A stretch of DNA of 64,000 bases. It comes from Camelus dromedarius (taxonomy: Eukaryota). Shown in pieces: positions 51,036 through 62,900 of the stretch; positions within the stretch are counted from its first letter, which is position 1; every line of letters begins with the position of its first letter. The stretch covers positions 21,762,001 to 21,826,000 of the forward strand of contig NC_087459.1 of assembly GCF_036321535.1 (NCBI RefSeq). Reading direction: 5' to 3'. The position numbers and the translations under genes are program-made. The notes under the pieces were generated by a model, which was not told the DNA's origin, did not search any database, and saw only the letters and a list, made by a program, of their open reading frames with translations.

Positions 51036-52130
51036 GGCGCATTTGAGTCAGTTGGAGGCACAGAAATGGGTGAAGATCTGCTCCTTGCCACAGCTCTGTC
51101 ACTGCCTAGGCAGCCCGTGACTCCTGATGGTCTGAGGAACAGCCCCACCCACCCTGGCTGAAGCCCATCTCTGGGAATCTGAGTGGATCTGGGGCTGGAA
51201 GGAGGAAGTAGGGAGCCAAATGCCCCACCTAGAGCCCTGTGGGCATCTCACATCTCTAGAGGCCCAGGGTGGGGGCAGGAGGCAGATGTCCCAGCTCCTG
51301 GACACCTATTGGGTGGGGGAGTTGAGTGGAAAACCCACAAAGGTGGAGGGAGAGGACAGCCAGGGGCTGGGAGGCTGATGTTCTGGGTCCTTGGTGAGGC
51401 AGGGCTGCCAGTCAGCAGTGGCCCTTGGGACAGGGAAGGTGGTCCCTCAGTGGCGTGACTCACCTGAGACTTCATCTCTGTTTGGGGTGCGTCTACCTCA
51501 ATGGCTTGGCCTTTTCTTCTCACACAGCTCTGGTTACTGGAGTTGCTGGCCAGGTCTGGGACGGGAGCCCTAGGGAATTCAATCCCATCCCAACAAAAGG
51601 ATCAGAGATTCCGGCAAGTTGGGCAGGGCATAGGATTCTCGGAGGAGGATGGGCAGGCTGGTAGCCGAAAAAGACTCCGCCCTGTCTCTGCCCTTCTTTG
51701 TGTTAGAGTAAGTAGCCTCAGGTGTTCTGCTACCTACTCTTTGTATGACCTTAGGAAAGTCACTCAACCCCTCTGCATATATGATAGGAGTCTACTTAAG
51801 AAATATGGTGCTTCAAAGAGGAGTTGAGGAGAGTTTAATGAAGGAACTATTTACACAGGTGTAGTCAGGAACAAGGGAAACCAACAGGGATGGTGAAGCA
51901 CCTGGGGGCTAGCAATAATCTGAAGGGGCAAGGAGAGGGAGCAGATACTGGAACTGGGAAAGAGAGATACAAGGCTGTAGGAGAAGGCCAGCCGATAGGA
52001 GTGCCTTCAGTGGAGGAATGCAACCTTCATCAACCTGTGGCTCAGCAGGGAGGGAGCTGGGAAAGAAAAGACCCTATCTCATCACCCTTCTTCTAGCCTC
52101 TGATCAACTGCCAGCTCTTCCCATCATCTG

Positions 52131-52189
52131 AAAACTACCAGAAGTCAAAAACAAAAACAAAAACAAGCAAACAAAACTACCAGAAGTCA
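52131..52189 (+). mobile_element. Tail-only retrotransposition remnant: 25-nt A-rich insert between perfect 17-bp direct repeats, inside an old LTR
   Basis: AAAACTACCAGAAGTCA at 52131-52147 and 52173-52189 flanks AAAACAAAAACAAAAACAAGCAAAC. Confidence 0.65.
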
Positions 52190-52590
52190 GAGTGCAAGGG
52201 GGCCCATGATGTGGCTCATAAAGGTCACCCTCTGTGAGAACAAATCAGGATGGAGAAAGGTGGGGAGTGGAAGTGGAGAGTCAGACAAAAACTATCCACA
52301 CACATATATCTATTTTCTTATCAATAATATGAGCTAATAATAACAACAAAAATAATAATACTCTGTTAGCCCAGTTTCCCTAGAAAAGAGAAGCTTAGGC
52401 AAAGCCTACATGCTTTTGCCTTTTTTGGGAGGGGAGGTACAATCCCAGGGTAGCAAGAACAAGGGAAAAAAGAGAAGTGATTAGGGAGGGAGGAAATGGA
52501 AACACAGGGACCCAACAATTGACTAGATTCAAATGATAATCTTGCTAACCTTAGCTAGTCTGTGACCGACAATGAAAGTCAGCATGGTGA

Positions 52591-53048
52591 TGTGAAAATT
52601 TGTAAAGGGAAACCTCACTGAAATGGAGTTGGGAGAACAGCAGGGGGAGCTCTCATGCCCGTACCACTTAACGGCAATACGGATCCCAACAGGAAGACAC
52701 AGAACTTTGCATCTCCAGCAGGATGTGACACTACTTTCCTACCCCTAGCAGGAGGAAGATTTTCTCCCTGCCTGGCAACAGCTCAGCCAATGAGAGACTG
52801 TCACAACTCAGCCAATGACAAGCCACTATACTCTGAACTCCCAGTTTCTTCCAATGAACTTTTTGTTTATAACAGCCCTCTCAACTTCCCCCTCTCCTCT
52901 GTAAAAGAGTTAACTCTCCTTTGCTTTACCGGGCTTGCATGTGGTTTGCCGCCATATTTGCATGTTCTGAATTGCAATTCTTTGTTGCTTGTGAATAAAT
53001 CCATTTTGCTGGTGAAATGACTGGCTGTTGTATTGTTTTAGGTTAACA
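52591..53048 (+). mobile_element. ERV1-type solo LTR (family not assigned)
   Basis: TG...CA ends, tandem CAGCCAATGA boxes, AATAAA at 52994-52999 and terminal TTAACA. The 5' boundary is uncertain (52591 or 52601). Confidence 0.65.
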
Positions 53049-53272
53049 GGGGCAACAATTTCAGACTTTTTTACACAATCCTGGGGTTTCTAAGCCTTCT
53101 CAGGCACTCATTTGTAGGCATTTGCCCCTCCAAAGATAAAACCCTGTAATTTATTCAACAAACACTCAGAAAAATGAGGCAATGGGCAAAAAAAGTCAGA
53201 AGATGTAGAGAGTGGTTAATGCAAAGTATGAATACCATGAAGGTCCTCACCTATGAACTGCTTCCTCCAATT

Positions 53273-53732
53273 CAGCAGTTCTCAGACGTTTGGGTCTCAG
53301 GACCTCCTTACGCTGTTAAAAATTATTGAGAAATCTGAAGAGTTTTTGCTTATGTGTGTTATATCTATCAACATTTACTGCATTTGAAGTTAAAACTGAG
53401 AAATACTAATTATTAACTCATTAAAAATCCATTATACATTAATGTAAAATAACATATTTTTATGAAAAGTATTTTCCAAACCAAACCAAAAAAAAAAAAA
53501 ATGAGTGGCATTATTTTACATTTTTGCAAACCTCTTTAGTGTCTTGATGAATAGAATACAGCTGGATTCTCATATCTGCTTCTGCATCCAGCCTGTTGGG
53601 ATATCATGTGTCAAGGATCCTTTGGAAACCTACATTGTACACTTGGCATCATGAAAATAGTTTTGGCCTTAGGCGCCCCTTGAGAGAGTCTTGGGACCCC
53701 GCTGGGGGTTCCCAGACCATATTTGAGAACTG
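53273..53732 (+). mobile_element. Charlie1a/b (hAT) deletion derivative
   Basis: CAGCAGTTCTCA...GGTCTCAGGACC...TAAAAATTATTGAG...AGTGGCATTATTTTACATTTTTGCAAA...CAGCTGGATTCTCATATCTGCTTCTGCAT...GAGAACTGG. Confidence 0.8.
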
Positions 53733-53789
53733 GTTAAGAAGTACTAAGGAAAAGACAAGACAATTCAAATTTTTTTAAATGGCAAAATA

Positions 53790-54200
53790 TTTTATTTCAG
53801 TTATCTACCGCTGTGAAATAAACCAGCCCCAAACCTAAAGACTTAGAACCCATTTTGTTATCTCTCTTGGTCATGTGGGGTGACTGGGCTCCACCGGGTG
53901 GTTGGGGTCCCTCATGTGGTTGCAGTTAGATGCAGTTGGGGCTGGAAACATCTGGATGTTCACTTGGGATGGCTGGGCTTCTTGCTTTGCTATGCAATGT
54001 CAAGGTCTCTCCTCTGATATAGTCATGGTCTCTCCAGCAGGGTAGCTGGACTTCTTACTGGTGGCTCAGAAGTCCCTAGAGCTCTAAAGCAGAAGCTGCC
54101 ATGGCTCTTAGGGCTTAGGCCTGGAACTGGCACAGCTCCACGCTGCAACGTTCTGTTGGTTCAAGTGACACAGCTTAGCCCAGATTTCAGCAAAGAAGGG
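53790..54200. mobile_element. Old MaLR LTR (MLT1J/K/L-like)
   Basis: TCAGTTATCTA..GCTGTGAAATAAACCA.CCCCAAAC.TA...GACTTA start and a typical MLT1 body. Confidence 0.5.
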
Positions 54201-54289
54201 GACTAGAAAGGTCACGAAGGCTCGAAGGCATGGTTCCTTGAGGGAGTCGGCTTTGGAGCTGATCTACCTCAGGCTTTAACAAGTACTAA

Positions 54290-54967
54290 AAAAAAAAAGG
54301 ATATCCAATTGCCAGTATGCATATGAAAAGTTGCACAAGATCACCTGAGGGGAAATGAAAATATAAACCACCAAGAGATGCCACCAAACACCCAGCAGAA
54401 TGGCTAAAATTTAAAAAGCTGTTCAACACCAAATATTGCTGAGGATGCAGAGCAAGTGAAATGCTCATACATTGCTGTAGGGTGGGGAGGGTGGGTAGAA
54501 AATTCTTTGGCATTATTCATTAAAGCTGAACATACACCTGTGTTATGACCCAACAACCATACTCCTGTGGTTAGACACAAGAGAAATGAGTGCACCAAGA
54601 GACGTGAGCAAAGCAGAGTGTCTGTAGAAGCTTTATTCATAAGAGCCAAACTCAGAAACAATACAAATGCCCAGTAACAGGAAAATTGATAAATTGTGAT
54701 ATATTCATACAATGGAATATTATGCAGCAATAAAAAAGAACGAATTACTGATATGGGCATCAACATAGACGACTCCAACAGAACTTATGTTCAAGGAATG
54801 TAAGTATCATACTGTATGATTCTAATTTTATAAAATTTAAGAACAAACAAAGCTAATCAAGGGCCTATTATATAGCACAAGGAACTATATTCAATACCTT
54901 GTAATAGCCTGTAATGAGAAAAGTCTGAAAAAGAATATATGTATATATATTGAATATATGTATGTAT

Positions 54968-55027
<60 letters not shown>

Positions 55028-55330
55028 GAATCATTTTGCTGTACCCCTGAAACTAACACAACATTATAAATCAACTATACTTCAATTTTAAAAAAGTGAA
55101 AATACTAATCAATGATTGTAGAAGTGAGAATAGTATTTCCCTCTGGTGGAAGTTATTAACTGGGAAGAGCACAAAGGTATTTGCTGGAGTGCAGGAAAGT
55201 TCTATAGCTTTGTTTTAAATTCCTTTTTTTTGGGAAAGTCCTGTAACTCGATCTAGGTGGTGGCTACTCAGGTGATACACATGCAGAACTTCACTGAGAT
55301 GTAAGGTTAGCACACTTTGCACACTTTTAC
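54290..55330 (+). mobile_element. Ancient L1M fragment interrupted by a younger L1 3' end (about 54861-55096) carrying (TA)23 at 54977-55022
   Basis: L1 ORF2-end/3'UTR motifs (CATACAATGGAATATTATGCAGCAATAAAAAAGAA). The nested insert is flanked by CTAATCAA at 54853-54860 and 55105-55112. Confidence 0.7.
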
Positions 55331-55984
55331 TGTATGGTTGTTACGCCTGAATAAAAAGAGGAAGAAACACATTTTCCAGTTAAATGGATTCCAGGGTCAG
55401 TTAAGGAAAAACAACAGAGACAGCTCCAAAAATTCTTTCCTAGACCACAAGCTTTCATAAAAGGTAGAGCATTATATCAGATACACCAAAGCAGGCATGT
55501 TATGTAGTTTCTGAAAGTTTAACCAAAAGAATGAAGTCTTGTAGCAATTGGGGAAACAGTAAAAACATGCTTAAGCAAAATTGTTGCTATTACATTCCTG
55601 ATAACAGATAATTTAAAAAAAATTTGGTAACAAGTTACTTTTTTTCTGAACTGGCTTTCTCAATAAAAAGGCTGATTATCACTGACCTAGAAAAAAAGGA
55701 CATTCTTGAGATAATCCTTAAAAAATACTGTTTCTCTCAGCCAAGCTTTTGAAAGATACTGAACAGAGGGAGTAGAAGATAGTTCCAACAGGTTAAGGGC
55801 AGAGCCACACCCACTCCTCCTGAGCTAAGCTGGACAGTGCTGCATTTCCTTGTGAAAAGAGGATGTGCGGAAACGAAAAGAATCTGGGGTGCCTGCTCTA
55901 ATGCACACCAAAAGGGTGACATTACAGAGCAAGGCTCCAAACATTTTAGTTTGGAAAACTGTTAAAAGTATATATAACCCCTGG

Positions 55985-56163
55985 TAAGGTTGTCAGGTAA
56001 AATAGAGGACATTCAGTTAAATCTGAATTTCAGATAATCAGTGAATAATCTTTTATGTATAACTATGTTCCATGCAATAGTGGGAAATCATTATTTGTGT
56101 TTATATGAAATTAAGATTTCATTGGACAGCCTGCATTTTTATTTGCTAAATTTGGCAACCCTA
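55985..56163. mobile_element. MER53 palindromic MITE
   Basis: AGGTTGTCAGGTAAAATAGAGGACATTCAGTTAAATCTGAATTTCAGATAA ... TGCTAAATTTGGCAACCCTA inverted-repeat structure. Confidence 0.75.
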
Positions 56164-58300
56164 TTCCCTTGGCCAGAATATTGTCTTACTGTGTTGTTGC
56201 TTCTCTGCTTAGAAGAATGAGACTTTCTGGAGTGTGCTCCAAAATAACTTGAGGTGGGGTCTAAAATGCACATTCCATGTTACTGAATGGAGTGACCCTC
56301 TGAGTGGGAGTATTTGAGAGACAATTGATAAAGGTTCACATTCTGACAGGACTCTGTACCAGAAGCCAAGTTGACTGGTATGGTCAAGATGTGCCCCCTG
56401 AAGCTCCCACTTGTGGCAGGAAGAGTAGCTGCTCTTCTTTCCATTTTACTCTGCCAGGCACCCCCACCCCTTGCCTCTATCACCTGATCTCTAGGGGCCA
56501 CGGTGGCACAAAGTCACCACTTGGGTCTCTCATCCTTTCCCCAGTAGAGCCCCTGATCAACTGAGTCCTATTGGAGCTAAAAACTGCTCCAGGACTCATC
56601 GCTTTGGTCTCAAATGAGCAGCCCTAGGGTATAATGCAAAGAAACAATTACTTTAGAACACATTCTGCTAATAGTTGCACAAAATAAATCCAGATAAAGT
56701 ACAGATGCTCCCAGACTCATTTCAAACCTATGGCAGCTTGATGCTGAAATGCTGAGTGTAGCTGCCAAGGAAGGAGCTCGGTGGTGCCACTTTCACTGTT
56801 TGGGGTGGACGCTGCCTTTGTAACAGCTTGCTGCAAAACAAACACTGAACACTATTTTCACTTTTTGCCTTTTTTTTGTAAAAGCAAAAACCCTCTTTGG
56901 ATGTCTTTCGGTTAGCAAAAACACGTTCTAATGTAGATCTTTTGTAAAGGTGACTGGCACAAAGTGAACTTTCAAGAACAAGGTTTACTTCATTTTGTTT
57001 TATTTTATTATCTCGATGTAATGATTCACCAGATTTCACGCAACAGAACATGTTTTATCTTTAGGTCTGTGCCCATTCGTCCTCTAACCTCTTTTTGAGA
57101 TATACAGTGTTTCCAGGGTACAGAGATTAAAAATTAAAGGTCTTATTCCTCAGAAATCTTAGAGGCTAAAGTAACAGTCTGAATTATTGAGAACCGCTAG
57201 TTAAAGTAGGTCCTGCACATCTATTTACTTTTGCTAATGCAGTTGACCCTTGAGCATCTCAGGTTTTCCTGATAAATTCCAATTACTCTCTGGTACTTGA
57301 GTATATTCAAATGCTTATCATGTTCTTTAGATAACACCACTGAATAAGAGTTTTAGAAATGAATTTAAGATTACACAGGAAAACTCTTACCCAGAGAGTT
57401 TATGCGAACCATTTCATTGTAAACACTACTTCTTGTCTTGGACTAGTAAAAGAAAGTTCTGAAATTCACAGACCATGGTGAATTACAACCCCATCATTCC
57501 ACTGTGGTTAGATATATTTTGATATGATTATCAGCAAATTTCCACACAATTTTGGTACCGGTTCAGAAGGTTTTTCCTATTGTCATAGAAAAAGTGGCAG
57601 ATAAAAATTATATTGAGCAGAATTACATTATTTTTCCCTGTGGATGAAAATAAACCATGCCTCTATCTCCAATTTTACACTCATTGGTGGTTAGAGTTTT
57701 GGGTGACAGGATAATGTGTTTCTTCTTCTACCGCAGAGGAGAAACGCATCTTCACATAAAAATTACTAAAGCCATATTTACCCAGAGAAATGTCTTCTAA
57801 TGTCAGTAAGGATCATCAGGTAAGAAAACTCCTGAAATGAGAAGCAAACCTCCCAATCTTACTAAGCCATTTTTTTCACACTTTTTATTTTTTTATTCAA
57901 AAATTTTTTCACACTTTATATTTTTTAAAGCAAGGTTTTTCCTAAGTTATTTCATGTGCAGCTTTCAATAAAGAAAGGAGTTGCTAAATTCTCTGGTTTC
58001 TAATCAGCTAAGAGGCAGAAGTCTTAGGGCAAAATTCTTAAAAAAAAAAAAAAAATCGCAAACCTGTTTAGTTGGAAACAGAAGAATTTATTGTGGAAAT
58101 TACAACAAAAGCCCTTTCAGATGTGTGCATGTCTGTGTCTGATGGTTTATATGTTCTTGGTGTGTGCAGTCTGGCCAAGCTTATGTTGGAGACCCACCAG
58201 ATTTGAAGACTTAATACAAAAAAAAAAAAGTAAAATATCCCACTGATTTGTTTTACTTATTAAAATGTTGCTCCTAGAAAATTTTGGAGTACAAAAGTGG

Positions 58301-58418
58301 GGGGAGGGTATGTATAGCTCAGTGGTAGAGTGTATGCTTACCATGTATAAGATCCTGGGTCTCCAGTACCTCTATTAAAAAAATAATAATAATAAAATAA
58401 AATCAATTTTTAAAAAAC
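58301..58418 (+). mobile_element. tRNA-derived SINE, copy 5 (B box partly deleted)
   Basis: GGGGAGGGTATGTATAGCTCAGTGGTAGAGTG... with an A/AAT tail; TSD TACA(A/T)AAGTGG at 58290-58300 and 58419-58429. Confidence 0.8.
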
Positions 58419-59868
58419 TACATAAGTGGATCTTACTGCTGTAGATAGTTCCCATGAGACACTTATTTTTAAAAGTTTTTTAATATGTGTAATTTTCATT
58501 TTAGTTGCCGCACAGACAAAGTCAGGAGACCTCTTCTATCTTCCTCTTAAAATATGCAAATAAGTTTGAAAAAGTATATCTTTGGCATGTTAGGGTTCAG
58601 GTCTTTGTATAAACAAGGTCAAGCACAAATAAGTGTCTTCAGATTTTTTGCATATTTCTCAGGAAGTCCTTGTCCTGCTACCTTTTCTCTGCCCTTCTCC
58701 TTTTTCCTTTGTCTTCAGAGTGAGAGACCCTCCCTGACAGGCGATGATGTGGAAATGCCACCAGAGCCGCTTATGTGTCATTTTCAGGAACCAGGTACCA
58801 GTATTTGGGGCTGGCCAGTTTGTTCCCCTGGAACCGCTAACGCATTTGGAAGTGGACGTGCTACAATGACGGGACAGTTGTGCCCTTTGGCTTCACCATG
58901 ACCACCAAAGTCCTCGCCCGTGCCCTTCCTGTCTCCTGGCCCTGCCTCCTAGGAGACTTTCTGCCATTCTTGGTCAGACCTAGTGAACTGTGTGGCTCTT
59001 GTCCAGCTGGTCCAAGCAGGTTCTCTCTTAGTGCAGCCCAATGATCTGCCCAGTATTTATTTTCCCGATTCTGTTGACCATGACAACCTCCCATAGAGAC
59101 ACAAAACCTGAATAGGCACCCTCCCCCACCTCACCCAGGGGCATTTCCTGTCCTGAGTGCTGCCCGAGGAAATAATTAAGCAATAATTCCTTACTTTAAG
59201 CCGTGCATCTTGAAGGACAGGTGAGAGAGGAAACGACATCGTGCAACTATGTTCTAAGCCCAGTTACAGATGCTCTGCAGATGGAAATATCATTTGATTT
59301 TCATGTTATACCTACAAGGTCACTTTCTTTCATTCTTGTTTTGAGTGACATAAAATAGCAGAGTCATCTTATACCTTAGGACCCCTACTTAGGGTGGTGT
59401 CGGTTTTGTCCTGCAAAAGTGTTGTCTCTGAGAGCCAAATTGGGGCTGAAGGAAATTCAGCTCCCACTCTACTTGCTAAGCCCTGGGCCCTGCATGGGCT
59501 GCATCAGCCTAGAGGAAGGGACATTTTCCCAATTCATACAAAAATGCACTGCAGCCTAGAAGTACCGAGGTCTGGCCCAAAGTCCCCGCTCTGTCCCTCT
59601 CAAGGCTCCTGAGAAGAGGGATGTTGCCTGCTCTCCCCCACACCCAGCAACCCGGGGCCCTGTAGACAAGGACCCAGCCACAGTGCCAGGAAGACAGACC
59701 TGCGGTCAAGTTGGCTCCTCCTTCCTTCTTCTGTTCATGCCATTCTTGGGCTGACAGATGCTTTGTTCACCTGGTAGACTCCCAGCTGACATGCCATCAC
59801 ATCAGTTACAGGGAAAGCTGATCCTCCCCACCCTACTCACTGCAAAACTGATCAGCCCTCCTTGGCCC

Positions 59869-59971
59869 CACCCTATAACATCCTCTTTCTGCCTATTGAT
59901 TGGTTTCACCCTGTGACATCCTCTTTCTGCCTATTGATTGGTTTCACCCTGTAACATCCTCTTTCTGCCTA
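59869..59971. repeat. 38-bp tandem repeat, 2.7 copies
   Basis: Unit CACCCTGTAACATCCTCTTTCTGCCTATTGATTGGTTT starts at 59869, 59907 and 59945. Confidence 0.95.
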
Positions 59972-60288
59972 CACTATGCCACTCTGTAAGAGATAATTTC
60001 TTTTTGAATTGGTCAATATACATTCACGGTAAAAAATTAAAATATAAAGGAGGATGCAGGGAAAAGTAAGTTTCTTTCGTACACTCAGTCCCAAGTTTCT
60101 CAGACTTCTCCAGACATAACCACTGATACTAACTTTTTCTTCTTCCAGAGGTATTTTATGTATGAACAAACATATATATCAGTTACTCTACCCCCTACAC
60201 TTTAAAACCCAAAGAATAACATATTACACACATATTGCGTAGTACCTTGCTCCTCTCTCCCAGTAATAATAGAGCTTAGATAGTTTTT

Positions 60289-60372
60289 ATATCTCTGCAT
60301 TTAGATCCACCTCATTAAAAAAAATCTCATGATATCTGTACACTTAGATCCATCTCATTTTTTTAATCTCAT
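60289..60372. repeat. Degenerate 43-bp tandem duplication
   Basis: ATATCT..CA.TTAGATCCA.CTCATT(A-run or T-run)AATCTCAT occurs twice. Confidence 0.7.
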
Positions 60373-60387
60373 AGTATGGCTGTATCA

Positions 60388-60595
60388 CAGTGGTTCTCAA
60401 TCTGAGGTGATGATGTAACTGCATCTCCAGCCAGGAGACAATTTTGGTTATTACAATGAGGGATTGTTACAAATACCTAACACAGATAGAGGCCAGGAAT
60501 GCTGCTAAATATCCTCCAATACACAGGATAGTCCCCCACAGCAAAGAATTATCTGGTCTAAAATGCCAAGAGTGCTGAGATTGATACCGTGTTCT
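60388..60595 (+). mobile_element. MER20 (hAT-Charlie)
   Basis: CAGTGGTTCTCAA...TAGAGGCCAGGAATGCTGCTAAATATCCT...CAAAGAATTATCTGG. Confidence 0.75.
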
Positions 60596-61599
60596 GTATA
60601 ATAACTAAGTTAACCAGATCCTCTGTTGGTAGGCACTTAAGTGGTTTCTAACAGTTTGATATATAGACAATGCTGCAATGACAGTTGTATAAACTGAAGT
60701 TCTTGGTTGTGATTGTGGCTGATATTAATGGCAATTGACACTGGCTTCCATGTCAGGAATAACAGGGAGTAAGGGAGACTCTGGTCAATTGCACGCACAT
60801 GCCCAGTTGCTTCTTGTTTCAGCTGCCCCTTGTCCTGTGGGAAAGTGGAGTGCAAGTTGCAAGTAAATTTGAATTTTACTTTTTGTCCTTGCTCTCACAG
60901 GAAGTGAACAGGCTTCAGAACACTGTAAAGTGTTCATATAATCAACAAAAGGAATGTTTTGCAGTCACACATGCCTGGATTTGAATTGGGACCCCTGATC
61001 CTTAGTTGTTCTATAACCATGGATTGTACTTGGCCTCTCTGACTCTCACTTTTCTTACCTATAAAATGGAGATATCTTTACTTTCTTCATGAGACTGTAA
61101 TGGGTAAGCAATTAATTATGCATTTTGAAACAACTTAAGCCCTATACAAGTATCAGTTACTAGTGGCTCTCCATATTGGTTCAGGAAAATAAAAAGTAGC
61201 CCTCTATCAGTAAAAGGCTGGGAGATTCCAGATTTAAACTAAACGCTCTCTGAAATCCGGAGGGCTTGGGTTTTTCCATTCCATGGCTACTCAGGGGCTA
61301 GGCCGTGAGGTTGTTGGTGGGTGATCAGTGCTTGACCAGACTAGGACCCAGGGGTCCGGGCTAAACTCTATGCTTTCTTTCATATCAAACGTCACAATCC
61401 ACAAACCCTGGTAAGGACTAAGGAGACGCAACCCTGAAAGACGATGCATGAAAACCTAGACGTAGGGAGAGAGTCGGTGTGTGTAGTCGGGGGAGGAACA
61501 TTAGAGTTGGCGCCGGAGGGAGGAAGAGTCTGAAGCAGTGGGAGAGCAATGGAGCGCAGGAGCTCCCCATCGTGAATGAAAGTGGGGCCCAGTGAAAGG

Positions 61600-62900
61600 A
61601 GCCAGCCAGAGGAATTTCGGTTCCCGCCCCACGACTCCCAGCTTTGACTACAGTTCCGCCCGCAGACGCCCTCGGCCCCTCGCCCCGCCCCCGGGGGTAA
61701 TCGGTCCGTACCATTATGCCCTCATAGGGGTGGACGTGAATCGTGAGGCTAGTCCTGCAGAGGAAATCTAAGTTCTCTGACAAAAAATAGGATTATGTAT
61801 GTTATTGCAAGGTTCTTAGTTATTAAGTTTCCTTTCTCCCTGATAGGATCCTCCATCCTCCCTGAAGGGTGGCAGGAGTCCGGCCATGCTTCTCCCTTTC
61901 CTTTCCGCATTTGGTGCATTCCTCGGGATACGTAGGCGGGGAGGCGTACATAAACCTCGACGCAGGAGGCGGGGTTGCTCAGTCCTCGAGGCGTCGGTGC
62001 TCTGTAGCGTTGGAATTTTACTGCTACTCGGCCTGTGCGCGCGTGCGCGGACATGGCCTCAAACGGTAGGTGAGGGCGCGAGGCGGTGGTGGCGCGCCGG
62101 CCCGGGGCCTCGTTCCCTCCCACTTGGGCTTTTGTTTTTCGGTGGGACTCAGGCGGCGATCGCGTGTAGGATCTTCTCGCGTCGCTGGCGGGGAGCAGCG
62201 AGAGGGGTTGAAGGGGGAGGCCAATGTCGCCATTTTGTTTCCCTCTGGCGCCTTGCGCGGGGCGGGAGGTCCCCCCTTCGCAGCTTTTTTCCTTGAGGTG
62301 GGGGTTGGGAGGGACTCTTCTTAGTGATTGGAAACGTGAGAAACGGATGGAAATGCTCAGCCCCCGTAGCCTTTTCTCCCCGTGGTCCCCGGGCCCACGC
62401 TTGGGCCCGCTTTGTCGCAGTGCTGCATCCGGGCACTCGGTGCGCGCACGCGCTCTGCTAGCCCCTCCCCCCTTTCTGGCGGCGCGAACCCCCCTTCCCG
62501 CCTCGTTTAGGCCGGGCTTTTTGTCGCGAGACCCTCGTCTTGAGGCTCCGCGGCGCGCGTCCCGTGTGGGCCTGGCCCCCGGGGTCCCTCGGGAAGGGGC
62601 GGGACGGCCTGGTTCCCGCCTGGCTTGCCACGCGGCCGGGGGTGGAGGATCGGGATCAGGGCCGCGTGCCCGCTTAACGGCATGGGGGGGGTCCTCCTGT
62701 GGGTTTGAGGACTCGGCCCGAGGCTTTTCCCGCCTAAATTTACTCTTGGAGAGGTAGGAACTGAAAGGAACGGCCGCCTGAGGCCACACCCTCTCCCGAT
62801 CCTTTTCCTTTTCCTGCGGGGGAAGCGCCTCGTTTCCTGTACGGAGGAAGTGATTTGATCTGGTCAGTGCGTCTTCCATGTGGCGTTTTAAAAGCGCTTT
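61600..62900 (+). promoter_or_regulatory. FUS: CpG island promoter and intron 1 of FUS
   Basis: GC boxes, TATA-like TACATAAA at 61947-61954 and YY1-type CGCCATTTT at 62228-62236. Confidence 0.8.
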
